From contig CP011210.1 of NCBI GenBank assembly GCA_001029675.1, positions 711,528 through 775,527 of the forward strand: a stretch of 64,000 bases of DNA, written 5' to 3'. The notes below the pieces were generated by a model that was given only the letters and a program-made list of their open reading frames with translations, was not told where the DNA came from and did no database searches. The DNA is from Candidatus Beckwithbacteria bacterium GW2011_GWC1_49_16. Lineage in GTDB: Bacteria > Patescibacteriota > Microgenomatia > UBA1400 > CG1-02-47-37. Of the stretch, positions 9,038 through 18,195 are shown in pieces; the stretch's first letter is position 1; each line of letters begins with the position of its first letter. Both the position numbers and the translations under genes were made by a program.

Positions 9038-10209
9038 GAGCGAATTGTACCATGGTTGAAAAGGGTTTCTGCCAGTTTTCTGTGGCCGGCGGGAGCGGGG
9101 TGGCCGTCTTGGGGGAAAAAATAACTCCGGTAGCTTTGATCCACCAAAAGCGGCAAAGGGTCAAGGAAAGAAATCGACTGGACGGCAAAAAGGTCTTTGA
9201 AGCGCTGTTGAGGCTCAAGGTCTTGGGGCAACTCGCCGGCTTGGCCCAAAGGAAAAGTCTGGCTGGGGGCGGGAATGATGTTGACCAGTAAGGGAATGTT
9301 TTCGGCGACAAGCAACTGGTTTAGCCCCAAAAGCACTTGGTCGAGTTTGTCCCAAAGCTCACCCATCTGCCTGCTGCAGTCTAAAACGTAGAGACAGGCT
9401 TCGGCCTCTTGGGCAGGGATGGTTTGAGGTTCAGTTAACCTCAACCATTTTTTGATGTTGGTGACGGTGGCGGGCGAGTTTTGCTCCAAATTAGTCATGG
9501 CTAAAATTGCCAGGTGAGAGTTTTTAAGTAAAGGCAGGCGGAATTTCCAATTGCTGGAAACTCTTTCCACATGGTAGCCGCCGCGGACGGCCCGGTCGGT
9601 AGACTCGATGGCGCTGGGTAAACCTTTGTCGTCGGTTTTGACCCAGACCATTTCGCGTAAATCGGCAATGTCGTTGTAAGGAAAAAGGTTTAAGATAATA
9701 AGGTCGGGTTTTAACTTTAAGCCTTCTTGGTTTAAATAAACGTAATAGCTGTCGGGGGCAAAGCCGTCGTGCCAGCCGGCGTTTATCACCTCGATGTTCC
9801 TACCTTGGGCTTCCTGAGTCAGTTTTTCCTCTAAAATATAAGAGAAAGTTTGCTCGTCGTCGACTCCCCAACCAAAAGTGACCGAGTCGCCGAGCATGAG
9901 CACGCGGTAGGTGTCAGCGGGTTTGTCGATGGCAAACTCTTTCCCCCGATAGCCCAAGGAATTGGTGGTGTAGTGGGCGGTAAACTCGTGAGTCAAGGCT
10001 TGGTGCTCGGCGTCGAGGTTGGGTAACAAGGTGGAGGGAAGACTCTGGCTTTTTTTAAACACCCGGGGGCTGACTGATTGAGCCTGACTAAGAGTGAGTT
10101 GGGGTTTGAATAAGCGGACGGCGGCTTCGGCAAGACTCAAGGCTAAAGCGGTAGAGACAACGACCAAGGCCAAGACGGCTAAAAATGATTTTTTCGGCGC
10201 CGGCCTCAT
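9019..10209 (-). CDS. SGNH/GDSL-family hydrolase, membrane-anchored
   Basis: 396 aa; GDS block (VLMLGDSVTFGWG) and C-terminal DGHPAPAGH catalytic Asp/His block; N-terminal TM anchor. Confidence 0.55.
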   Translation of the reverse strand: MRPAPKKSFLAVLALVVVSTALALSLAEAAVRLFKPQLTLSQAQSVSPRVFKKSQSLPSTLLPNLDAEHQALTHEFTAHYTTNSLGYRGKEFAIDKPADTYRVLMLGDSVTFGWGVDDEQTFSYILEEKLTQEAQGRNIEVINAGWHDGFAPDSYYVYLNQEGLKLKPDLIILNLFPYNDIADLREMVWVKTDDKGLPSAIESTDRAVRGGYHVERVSSNWKFRLPLLKNSHLAILAMTNLEQNSPATVTNIKKWLRLTEPQTIPAQEAEACLYVLDCSRQMGELWDKLDQVLLGLNQLLVAENIPLLVNIIPAPSQTFPLGQAGELPQDLEPQQRFKDLFAVQSISFLDPLPLLVDQSYRSYFFPQDGHPAPAGHRKLAETLFNHGTIRSWLNRL

Positions 10210-10227
10210 TTAACTATGATAGCACAC

Positions 10228-10707
10228 TCACCTGTCTTTGATCAGGCCGCCTATAATCCGATGAGAAAAAACAACTTTGCCTTTGAAGCGGATTTCCTCG
10301 TAGCCGGAAAACATTTTAATATCCCCTTGTTGTTGGTAACGGTATTGCCAATCGCCCCGAGTCAGACTTTTGGGGCCGCGAAAAGAGTGCCAAGTTTTGG
10401 GTTTGGTGGTAAGGCAAGTTTTAAGAAATTGAAAACAATCTTTTGACAGGTGATCAAGGCCATCGGCCATGCCGCCGCCGTAGAGAGCGTTCCAAACCGG
10501 TTTGCCTTTGAAACGCACCAACTCGGTGCCCCAGGAGCGGTAGTGGCCGGTGTAGGAATCGCGGTAGAACCAGTCGCCGTCTTTGAAAGTCAACTCGTAG
10601 TAGCCCGGCCTTTGGGATTTTTTCTCATAGCCTCCCCCGCCGGCGTAGGTAGCCGCAGTAGCTTTTTGAAGAAACTGGTCGAGGGTTTTGAGAGGAAAGC
10701 TAGGCAT
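10228..10707 (-). CDS. conserved hypothetical protein
   Basis: 159 aa, no TM, Gly/Tyr-rich; no confident family assignment. Confidence 0.4.
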   Translation of the reverse strand: MPSFPLKTLDQFLQKATAATYAGGGGYEKKSQRPGYYELTFKDGDWFYRDSYTGHYRSWGTELVRFKGKPVWNALYGGGMADGLDHLSKDCFQFLKTCLTTKPKTWHSFRGPKSLTRGDWQYRYQQQGDIKMFSGYEEIRFKGKVVFSHRIIGGLIKDR

Positions 10708-11269
10708 GATTCGATTTTAGAATAATTAGTAATGCCTTAACAGCATAATAGGCAGAGACGGCGGTGAGAATGTGCCAAGTAAAATGAGTGCCAACCGGAA
10801 AGTGGAGGCAGACTACCGGTTCAATCGTGCGAAAGAAAATGGCCAAAGAATAAATTATAAAGACGCTAAAAAATCCCCTCGCTTGCGGCCCAAACTTTTT
10901 GACCGCTACTAGTCCCATGCCTAAAAGAGTAGCCGCGTTGAAAAAGTGGCGGATAGAGCCGTTCAAGAATTCTCGAGGTGTAGCGATGGTGATGACTAGT
11001 AAAGTGGCGGCAAAGGTTGGGGTTGTGAATAAAGCTTTAGCAGAAGTTTTGACAAATTTTTTAATAAACAGGTAGAAGAAAACCAAAAAGAAAAGATAGA
11101 TGGGAGCAACATCCATAAGCATGGTATACGGGCTTCTAAAAGTGTGGTAGGTGGTGCTACCTACTGCTATCAGCAAAACAGATAAAGGCAAAAGCTTCAC
11201 TTTCCAGTCAGCGATTTGGTGTTTTTTGACTAATTGCCAAATGTAATAGGCAGAGATGAATAAAGCCAA
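10700..11269 (-). CDS. polytopic membrane protein with intramembrane His residues (possible hydrolase)
   Basis: 189 aa, 5-6 TM, His in TM helices (STTYHTF, HFF, HFTWH); N-terminus may be longer than ORF call. Confidence 0.4.
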   Translation of the reverse strand: MALFISAYYIWQLVKKHQIADWKVKLLPLSVLLIAVGSTTYHTFRSPYTMLMDVAPIYLFFLVFFYLFIKKFVKTSAKALFTTPTFAATLLVITIATPREFLNGSIRHFFNAATLLGMGLVAVKKFGPQARGFFSVFIIYSLAIFFRTIEPVVCLHFPVGTHFTWHILTAVSAYYAVKALLIILKSNHA

Positions 11270-11361
11270 GTTAGTAATGGCGTTAACCGGCTCGGCGTTC
11301 CAGGCACTTGAACCAGCTCTTTCTCAGTATTCGGTGTAGGGCAATAAAGATAAATAGTTAG

Positions 11362-11982
11362 TCATTTTTCCAGGCTGTGCCACAGGGCGATTGAGCCGTA
11401 TGATTTGTAGGGAGACCAAGGGGCGATGATTTTTTCAATGCGAGTCGGGCTGACGCGACGCAGGCGGTAGAGTTTAATTATGGCTTTTCTTAACCCCAAA
11501 TCGCCGTGAGAAAAAACGTCTTCGCGGCCCAGGGTAAAAATCAAAAACATTTCACTTGTCCAGGGTCCGATGCCTTTGACTTGGGTTAAGTGGTCAATAA
11601 CTTCGTCGTCGGCCATTTGCTCAAGCTTATTAAGCTTTAAGCTGCCGTCCAAAAACTTTTCAGCTAAATCTTTTATGTAGGAAACTTTGCCCCAGGACAT
11701 ACCTACCGAGCGAAGTTTAGCGTCGGCAATTTTAAGCGCCTGGTGCGGCGAAACCTTGCCGTCGGCAAATAAACCCTCCCAGCGACTGATAATGGCGTCA
11801 GCGGCTTTAGTGGAAAGTTGCTGGCTAATTAGCTCACGGCTCAAGGACCGAAAGTAGTCGGACAGGCGCCACTTTTTGACCCAAGGTTTGAGCCAAACGG
11901 CAAAATCCAGATCCTGCATCACCTGGTGGATTACCGGGTCGACTTTTTTAAAGTGATTTTTGACTCTTTTATAGTCGACCAT
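11362..11982 (-). CDS. HhH-GPD DNA glycosylase (AlkA / 3-methyladenine glycosylase II-like)
   Basis: 206 aa; helix-hairpin-helix plus Gly/Pro-Asp (VKGIGPWTSEMFLIF...D) motif. Confidence 0.75.
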   Translation of the reverse strand: MVDYKRVKNHFKKVDPVIHQVMQDLDFAVWLKPWVKKWRLSDYFRSLSRELISQQLSTKAADAIISRWEGLFADGKVSPHQALKIADAKLRSVGMSWGKVSYIKDLAEKFLDGSLKLNKLEQMADDEVIDHLTQVKGIGPWTSEMFLIFTLGREDVFSHGDLGLRKAIIKLYRLRRVSPTRIEKIIAPWSPYKSYGSIALWHSLEK

Positions 11983-11997
11983 TAATAGTTAAATAAT

Positions 11998-12447
11998 TTA
12001 AATTATCTTACTAGTGCTGGATTGCTGCTTTTTGGCTTTTATCTCACGCCAAAAACCTGTGCCTTTGCCGCGACCGACTGTTAAAGCATCTAGAGCAAAG
12101 TTTTCTATCTTGTCAAAGATCGACTTAATTTTTTGCTCCCTTAAAATCCTGTCTAAAACTTTATGATACCCCTGGCCGGAATACTTGAGTTTACGATTAA
12201 CGTCGGCAATGGTCGATTGACTAACTTTAATTAGTTTTTTGATCGCTTCGTAGTTGTAACCCTGTTTCAACATTAAAGCAATAGTGATTCGTTTTGATAA
12301 AACTATTCTCTCCGTAGGGGACAAAAAGTCTTTTAAAAAAAGTAAAATGTCCTCATGTTTATAAAGTAAGGAGAGAGTTTCTAGAAAAATTGAGTTTATT
12401 TCTTGCTTAACTTTATCGGCTAAGAAGTACCGGGAAACTTGTGACAT
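11998..12447 (-). CDS. TrpR/YerC-YecD-like HTH protein
   Basis: 149 aa; ...SPTERIVLSKRITIALMLKQGYNYEAIKKLIKVSQSTIADV... TrpR-like HTH; flanked on both sides by an AT palindrome. Confidence 0.5.
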   Translation of the reverse strand: MSQVSRYFLADKVKQEINSIFLETLSLLYKHEDILLFLKDFLSPTERIVLSKRITIALMLKQGYNYEAIKKLIKVSQSTIADVNRKLKYSGQGYHKVLDRILREQKIKSIFDKIENFALDALTVGRGKGTGFWREIKAKKQQSSTSKII

Positions 12448-12481
12448 AGTTAAATGATTTAAATTATCTAACTAACTAACT

Positions 12482-13666
12482 TTACTTATAATACTTCTTC
12501 TCTTTCAACTTGTCAGGCAGGAGCGAGTGACGGGGATATTTCTGGTAGCCTTGGCCGTAGCCTAAGTTTTTCATGAGGCTAGTGACCGGGTTTCTGATTG
12601 ACAGGGGCACGGGCAGGTTGCCGTGCTTTTTGACGTCGGCCAGGGCGGCCATGTAGGCGTCGTAGGCGGAGCGGTCTTTGGGGGCTTTGCTCAAATAAAC
12701 CACGCCGTGGGCTAAGTTTTCCTGACACTCGGGGTAGCCGATGGTTTCACAGGCTCTGAAGACTCCGTTGGCCACCACCAAGGCGGTGGGCTGGGCCATG
12801 CCGATGTCTTCGGAGGCAAAAACGACCATGCGCCGGGCGATAAACAAGGGGTCTTCGCCGGCGTCGACCATGCGGGCCAGATAATAAAGGGCGGCGTTGA
12901 CATCGGAAGCGCGCATGGATTTGATAAAGGCGGAAATGGTGTTGAAGTGCTCCTCGCCGGCTTTGTCGTAGCGTAAATGCTTAGACTGGAGGGCGGATTT
13001 AAGATTGGCGATAGTGATGGACCGATACAACTTATGGGTGGCTTCGAGCAAGTTTAAGGCCTGGCGGGCGTCGCCGTTGGCAAAAGTGATGACAAAGTCG
13101 CGGGCCGAGTTTGACAGTTTGACTTTTAAAGCTTTGGCGCCGCGAGTGGTAATTTTAACTAAGTCTTTTTCCGAAAGCTCATATAGGACAAACACCTGGC
13201 AGCGGGATAAAAGTGGGCCGATGACTTCAAAAGAGGGGTTTTCGGTAGTGGCGCCGATTAGAGTAATGGTGCCGTCTTCGACAAAGGGCAAAAGAAAGTC
13301 CTGCTGGGCCTTGTTGAAACGGTGGATTTCGTCGAGGAAGACAACGGTTTTTGGTTCACTCCGGGAGAGTCCCTTCGGCCACTCCCGGAGTGTGGGACGG
13401 TTGGCTTCTTCGACCACTTTTTTGACGTCGGCTTTGCCGGCAGACACGGCCGAGAGGTGGTGAAACTGGGAGTCGGTTTCGTGGGCGATAATGCGAGCCA
13501 GCGTAGTTTTGCCGCAGCCGGGCGGGCCCCAAAAAATCATCGAGTGGATTTGGTTTAAACCTATCGCTTGGGCGATAGGTTTGCCTTTACCGACCAAGTG
13601 GTCCTGGCCGATGAAGTCTTTTAAGCGTTGAGGTCTTAGCCTGTCCGCCAGAGGAGCTTTTGACAT
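12482..13666 (-). CDS. rarA: replication-associated recombination protein A (AAA+ ATPase)
   Basis: 394 aa; Walker A GPPGCGKTT, LDEIHRFNK, MgsA C-terminal domain. Confidence 0.9.
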   Translation of the reverse strand: MSKAPLADRLRPQRLKDFIGQDHLVGKGKPIAQAIGLNQIHSMIFWGPPGCGKTTLARIIAHETDSQFHHLSAVSAGKADVKKVVEEANRPTLREWPKGLSRSEPKTVVFLDEIHRFNKAQQDFLLPFVEDGTITLIGATTENPSFEVIGPLLSRCQVFVLYELSEKDLVKITTRGAKALKVKLSNSARDFVITFANGDARQALNLLEATHKLYRSITIANLKSALQSKHLRYDKAGEEHFNTISAFIKSMRASDVNAALYYLARMVDAGEDPLFIARRMVVFASEDIGMAQPTALVVANGVFRACETIGYPECQENLAHGVVYLSKAPKDRSAYDAYMAALADVKKHGNLPVPLSIRNPVTSLMKNLGYGQGYQKYPRHSLLPDKLKEKKYYK

Positions 13667-13704
13667 AATACCAAACTAAACCCAAAGAGAAACTTTGTCA
13701 ACCT

Positions 13705-14475
13705 TTATTTACCGGGAATGGCGATGCCTTTAACCACTTGCTGGTACTGGTCGCCCAGCTTTTTCTTGGCCCAGTAGCGGTTAGAACGGTAAAGGGAATA
13801 AAAGGTGCCGGCGTCGGACCAGAAGCCGGAAAGCTCGGCCCAGTTTAGCCGGCCCTTTTTAAGGTAAGCGTTGTTGATGTCGGTGACCTCGAGCTCTCCC
13901 CTGCCGGAAGGTTTGAGGGATTTGATGATATCAAAAACGGTAGTGTCGTAGATATACAGGCCGGTGACGGCGTAAGGGGAAACGGCTTTTGGGGGCTTTT
14001 CGTGGATGGTGATTATTTTTTGCGGGTCGTTTTTATCAAACTCCGGATTGCCGAAGCGTTCGGGGTCGGGGACTTTTTTTAAGAAAATGGTAGCGCCCTG
14101 CTTAAAATTCTTGACCGGACTACTAATGTCGGCGTCGGTGGTGTTGTCGCCTAAGATGATGGTGACGGGGCCGTGGTCGGCAAAGTCCTCGGCGTAGCTT
14201 AAAGCGTCGGCGATGCCTTTGGAACCGCCTTCCTGGTAGGCGTACTCTAAATGGTCAAGGCCGAACTGCTTGCCGTTTTTTAAGACGCTGACGAACTGGC
14301 CGGCGTGGATTTCTCCGGCGATGACCAGGATGTTTTTTATGCCGGCTTTGACCAGGGTCTGAATGGGGTAAAAAATCATCGGCTGGTCGTAGACTGGGAG
14401 CAAGTGTTTGTTGGTGGGTAAAGTCAGGGGCTCGAGTCTGGTGCCTTTGCCGCCGGCTAAAATGACGCCTTTCAT
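13705..14475 (-). CDS. rfbA: glucose-1-phosphate thymidylyl/nucleotidyltransferase (RmlA-like, short form)
   Basis: 256 aa; MKGVILAGGKGTRLEPLT...K motif of sugar-nucleotidyltransferases. Confidence 0.75.
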   Translation of the reverse strand: MKGVILAGGKGTRLEPLTLPTNKHLLPVYDQPMIFYPIQTLVKAGIKNILVIAGEIHAGQFVSVLKNGKQFGLDHLEYAYQEGGSKGIADALSYAEDFADHGPVTIILGDNTTDADISSPVKNFKQGATIFLKKVPDPERFGNPEFDKNDPQKIITIHEKPPKAVSPYAVTGLYIYDTTVFDIIKSLKPSGRGELEVTDINNAYLKKGRLNWAELSGFWSDAGTFYSLYRSNRYWAKKKLGDQYQQVVKGIAIPGK

Positions 14476-14488
14476 AACTTTTCCTTTT

Positions 14489-14719
14489 TTAAGCTCGGTA
14501 ACTTATAAAAATTAAGATCGCGGTGCCTAAGAAACTTAAGAATAAATATTCTAGCACAACCAGAAGGTGGAGGCTTTTGTCGGTAAGATGGATGATAATG
14601 CCGTAGAGAAAATAAACCAGGCCGATGACCACGGCGGTAACCAGGCGCAAGTCCGGCAGGGTTAGGTAAACTACTGCCAAGACGGCCAAAATCAGGGCTA
14701 ACCACAGGTTTTGCCTCAT
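14489..14719 (-). CDS. small 2-TM membrane protein
   Basis: 76 aa, hydrophobic; overlaps stop of upstream gene by 4 nt (operon-like). Confidence 0.3.
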   Translation of the reverse strand: MRQNLWLALILAVLAVVYLTLPDLRLVTAVVIGLVYFLYGIIIHLTDKSLHLLVVLEYLFLSFLGTAILIFISYRA

Positions 14720-15642
14720 AGGATCAAGCCTTGTTTAACAAACAAGAGGATCAAAAGTAGTATACCTAAAAAGATAAAGTGAGCCAAACTCTTGCCGGAA
14801 AGGCGGGTGATTTTCTTCCTGGTGATGACAACGGCGTCGATGACGATTAACGCCAAAAGCAGTAAAGTTAAGCTCAATGACATGGCCCGGGTCAATTGAA
14901 ATGAGTTTAAGAAGGGAAAACGGTCATAAAGACCGGCGACCCGGGGTTGGTCGATCAGGGCAACGGTGACCTGCTCGGGGGTGGCGATTTCTTCGGTAGG
15001 CTCGGCCCCGACGCTGGCGATCGGGGTGGCCGTTTCTTCGGCGGCCACTTCGGCCACGGCGACTTGGGCCACTTGAGCCGAAGCCGGGGTACCAAACATT
15101 TGGACGACTAAAGTGGTTTCTTGACCCATGAAGTTGCCGCTGACCACGGCGATGCCGATGTCGTGGTAGCGGGGGGAAACGATGTTGGCTTTATGGGTGG
15201 GCGAGTTCATCCAGGCGGAGACGACCGAACCAGAATCCATAAAATCGCGGGCGAGGTTTTCGCCGGCGTAAAGATAAGAGTAGCCGGAGGCACCAAAAAA
15301 GTACCAAGGGGTAGTGCCGTCGGGTGAAGTGTGCGACCAGTAGTTTTTAGCCATCATGTCGGAGGCTTTTAATGAGGCGGCGTTGGCTAATGCCTGGTTG
15401 ACGGATAGCGTCGGCAATCCCAGCTCGGCGCGTTTGGCGTTGGTAAGATTGACCAAATCGGCCGCGCTGATCGAGGAAGCAATGCCTAAAACTCCAGGGA
15501 CTGCCCGGCCGACCACGGTGATTAACAGCTGGCCGACGATAATCAAGAGCAAAAAAGAGCTTAACGAAGATAGCTGGAGGGCTTTGGCTTTGTAGTTGTT
15601 TGACCCACGCGGGGTAAACAAATGGGCAAGCATTTCACGCAT
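14716..15642 (-). CDS. CAP/SCP/PR1-domain protein with N- and C-terminal TM segments
   Basis: 308 aa; ...YWSHTSPDG...GENLARDF...WMNSPTHKANI... CAP-domain signature blocks. Confidence 0.7.
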   Translation of the reverse strand: MREMLAHLFTPRGSNNYKAKALQLSSLSSFLLLIIVGQLLITVVGRAVPGVLGIASSISAADLVNLTNAKRAELGLPTLSVNQALANAASLKASDMMAKNYWSHTSPDGTTPWYFFGASGYSYLYAGENLARDFMDSGSVVSAWMNSPTHKANIVSPRYHDIGIAVVSGNFMGQETTLVVQMFGTPASAQVAQVAVAEVAAEETATPIASVGAEPTEEIATPEQVTVALIDQPRVAGLYDRFPFLNSFQLTRAMSLSLTLLLLALIVIDAVVITRKKITRLSGKSLAHFIFLGILLLILLFVKQGLIL

Positions 15643-15705
15643 ATGATCATTCTAGATAATGGTCGATTGTTTCACAAGTGGAAAGGCAATAAATATTATG
15701 CTAGC

Positions 15706-17085
15706 ATGGACGAGATGTTGAGACGGGTAACAAATTTGATTCTGGCTTTGATTTTTGGTTTGTTGGTTTCGGTTGTTCCCGCCCACGCTGCCGAAGCCAC
15801 CCAAAGGGTAATTGTTAAATTCAAACCCGCAGTCCCCCAAGTGATCCAAAATCGGCTTAATGACCAGCTTAGGGTGAGGTTAATCGAGTCGCTTTTGACA
15901 GCCAGAACATTCGTGGTAGCCGTCCCGGCAGGTTTAGAAGAAACAGTGGCCAACTTCTATCAAAGGAGCCGGTTGGTAGATTACGCCGAGCCGGACGGTT
16001 TCGCCCAAGCGGTGGAAATCCCCAACGACCCGGAGTTTGCCAACCAGTGGGGCCAGACAAAAATCGAAACGCCCCAAGCTTGGGATACGACTAGCGGCGG
16101 CCCCGGCGTGCAGGTGGCTATTTTAGATACGGGGATTACTGATAATCACACCGATTTAACCGGCAAAGTCGATTCTTGGGTGAACTTTACCGACGCGGCT
16201 TCAAGCTACGACAACAACAGTCACGGCACGCATGTGGCTGGCATCGTGGCGGCAATGACCAACAACAACTTAGGGGTAGCCGGCACCGGCAGGGACAGCC
16301 GACTTCAATCAGTTAAAGTATTGAATGACTCTGGCAGCGGCTATTATTCCTGGGTAGCCAATGGCATTTACTGGGCAGCGGATAACGGCGCCGAGGTGAT
16401 CAACATGAGCTTGGGAGGCACCAGCCGGTCAACGGCTCTGGAACAGGCAGTCAATTACGCCTGGAGCAAAGGAGTAGTCTTGGCGGCGGCGGCGGGCAAC
16501 AACGGCTCAAGTTCAAGACTTTATCCGGCCTATTACGCCAACAACATCGCCGTGGCGGCGACAGACCAAAACGACCGCAAAGCCAGCTGGTCTAACTATG
16601 GCTCGTGGGTGGATGTGGCTGCTCCCGGAGTGAGCATCGTCTCGACTACGCCAGACGAAAATTACGCTTACTACTCGGGTACAAGCATGGCCACGCCGCA
16701 CGTGGCCGGAGTGGCGGCTTTGATCTTTGACGCTTTCCCGGGCTACACCAACCAACAGGTTCGCGACCGCCTCGAGTCAACCGCCGACAATATTTCAGGC
16801 ACCGGCTGGTACTGGCAGTACGGCCGAATCAATGCCGCCACCGCTGTCAGCGGGGCGGCAGCCTCACCCAGCCCCTCGCCGTCACCGTCTCCGAGTCCGT
16901 TACCGTCACCGAGCCCATCCCCGTCTCCCTCACCCAACCCCAGTCCTTCGCCGTCTCCAAGCCCGTCGCCTTCGCCCAGCCCGAGTCCGGTGCCATCACC
17001 ATCATCGTCACCAAGCCCCAGCCCTTCACCGTCTCCGTCACCCTGGTGGTGTATATATGCACCTCGACACCGCCTGTGTCAGTAA
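15706..17085 (+). CDS. subtilisin-like S8 serine protease with C-terminal Pro-Ser linker
   Basis: Asp/His/Ser blocks (DTGI..., HGTHVAGIVAA, GTSMATPHVAG); start moved to the Met preceding the signal peptide (MDEMLRRVTNLILALIFGLLVSVVPAHA); ORF-track start 15622 overlaps divergent gene. Confidence 0.85.
   Translation: MDEMLRRVTNLILALIFGLLVSVVPAHAAEATQRVIVKFKPAVPQVIQNRLNDQLRVRLIESLLTARTFVVAVPAGLEETVANFYQRSRLVDYAEPDGFAQAVEIPNDPEFANQWGQTKIETPQAWDTTSGGPGVQVAILDTGITDNHTDLTGKVDSWVNFTDAASSYDNNSHGTHVAGIVAAMTNNNLGVAGTGRDSRLQSVKVLNDSGSGYYSWVANGIYWAADNGAEVINMSLGGTSRSTALEQAVNYAWSKGVVLAAAAGNNGSSSRLYPAYYANNIAVAATDQNDRKASWSNYGSWVDVAAPGVSIVSTTPDENYAYYSGTSMATPHVAGVAALIFDAFPGYTNQQVRDRLESTADNISGTGWYWQYGRINAATAVSGAAASPSPSPSPSPSPLPSPSPSPSPSPNPSPSPSPSPSPSPSPSPVPSPSSSPSPSPSPSPSPWWCIYAPRHRLCQ
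16861..17040 (+). repeat. (SPSP)n-encoding low-complexity repeat (Pro-Ser linker)
   Basis: ~60 codons of SP dipeptide repeats (agcccgtcgcc-type units) inside the protease gene. Confidence 0.9.
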
Positions 17086-17094
17086 CCTAAACTC

Positions 17095-17439
17095 ATGAAA
17101 CCCTTTTTATTTAGCCTTGGTTTGCTGGCGGCGGTAACCACCGGCGACAGTTACTCCAAGACCGAAGTGACTACTCAAATCGAAGGCGAAGGCCAGGTTT
17201 ATACCCGGATCGAACAGGAAGTTAACGGGGAAAAACAGGTGCTGGAAGCGAATGAGCCCGGGACTTATAAACTCGAGTTCGGCAGTCCACCCCAAGAAAT
17301 GGTAGTTGAGGCCAGCGATTCGGCCGAGGCGGACCAGATCCCAGAACCGGAAACTGTAAGGCAAAAAACAAAGAGTTTTCTCTTGAGGATACTTCAGTCA
17401 ATTAAATCGCTGCTTGACAAAATTCTACCAAGTCGGTAG
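17095..17439 (+). CDS. hypothetical secreted protein
   Basis: 114 aa with signal peptide, acidic. Confidence 0.4.
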   Translation: MKPFLFSLGLLAAVTTGDSYSKTEVTTQIEGEGQVYTRIEQEVNGEKQVLEANEPGTYKLEFGSPPQEMVVEASDSAEADQIPEPETVRQKTKSFLLRILQSIKSLLDKILPSR

Positions 17440-17584
17440 AACTATATATTTAGTCAATTAAACTGGCGCTTGACAGCACCAGGAAAAGTTTCTAGACTAC
17501 TTTAACACTTGCCTGCCCAGTAAAGTGTCAGGTTTTTATGACCGACAACCAAACTGGCTGGCTAACAATTTCGTTTAATATCAA

Positions 17585-17613
17585 CCGACCGAATTCTGGG
17601 TCGGTTTTTTTGT
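17585..17613 (+). terminator. rho-independent terminator
   Basis: caaccgaccgaattctgggtcggttttttt: 8-bp GC stem followed by U-tract. Confidence 0.7.
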
Positions 17614-17667
17614 TGCCTACTATCCCTCTCTAACTAAGTTGAACCCTTGAAAGGGGGTGAAAAATAA

Positions 17668-18123
17668 ATGGTAAAGAAATTAATTGCAGCAGGTGCCGGC
17701 GCTTTGATGCTGGCTTCCGTCGCCACCCCGGCTTTTGCTTGGCACTGGTGGGGCGGATCTGATGATCTGACCGTCAGCAACCACGCCTGGGTGAAAAATA
17801 CAGTCATCACCACAGCCGATACCGGAGACAACAGTATTCACGGTAAATACGTCTTCGGCGGTGACATTGACACTGGTGACGCGTTAGCTGGAGCTGACGT
17901 GCTCAACCAGGTCAACTACACTGAAGTTGCTGGCTGTGACTGTTTTGATGATGTCACCATCAGAAACCGAGCCGGCGTGAGAAACTTTGTCTACACCTCG
18001 GCCGATACCGGAGACAACAGCATCCACGGAAAACTGGTCTTCGGCGGTGACATTGACACTGGTGACGCGTTAGCTGGAGCCTTCGTCACGAACGTGGTCA
18101 ACACCAACATTGTTGGTGAGTAA
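17668..18123 (+). CDS. secreted protein with two copies of a TGDN/DTGDA repeat
   Basis: 151 aa; signal peptide; internal duplication ADTGDNSIHGK.VFGGDIDTGDALAGA x2; strong SD AAGGGGGTGA. Confidence 0.55.
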   Translation: MVKKLIAAGAGALMLASVATPAFAWHWWGGSDDLTVSNHAWVKNTVITTADTGDNSIHGKYVFGGDIDTGDALAGADVLNQVNYTEVAGCDCFDDVTIRNRAGVRNFVYTSADTGDNSIHGKLVFGGDIDTGDALAGAFVTNVVNTNIVGE

Positions 18124-18195
18124 ACCCTACTTTATTGTCCCGCGAAGGGGGGTAAACGCCTCCCTTCCGGGGCAAGGGTAGAAAGAAGTTTTTAA

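Noticed and set aside
16727-17098. Arg/His/Pro-rich 123-aa ORF and Gly/Asp-rich antisense ORFs over the SP-repeat
   Set aside because: Alternate-frame read-through of low-complexity repeat DNA inside the subtilisin gene, not independent genes. The same applies at 21329..21734.
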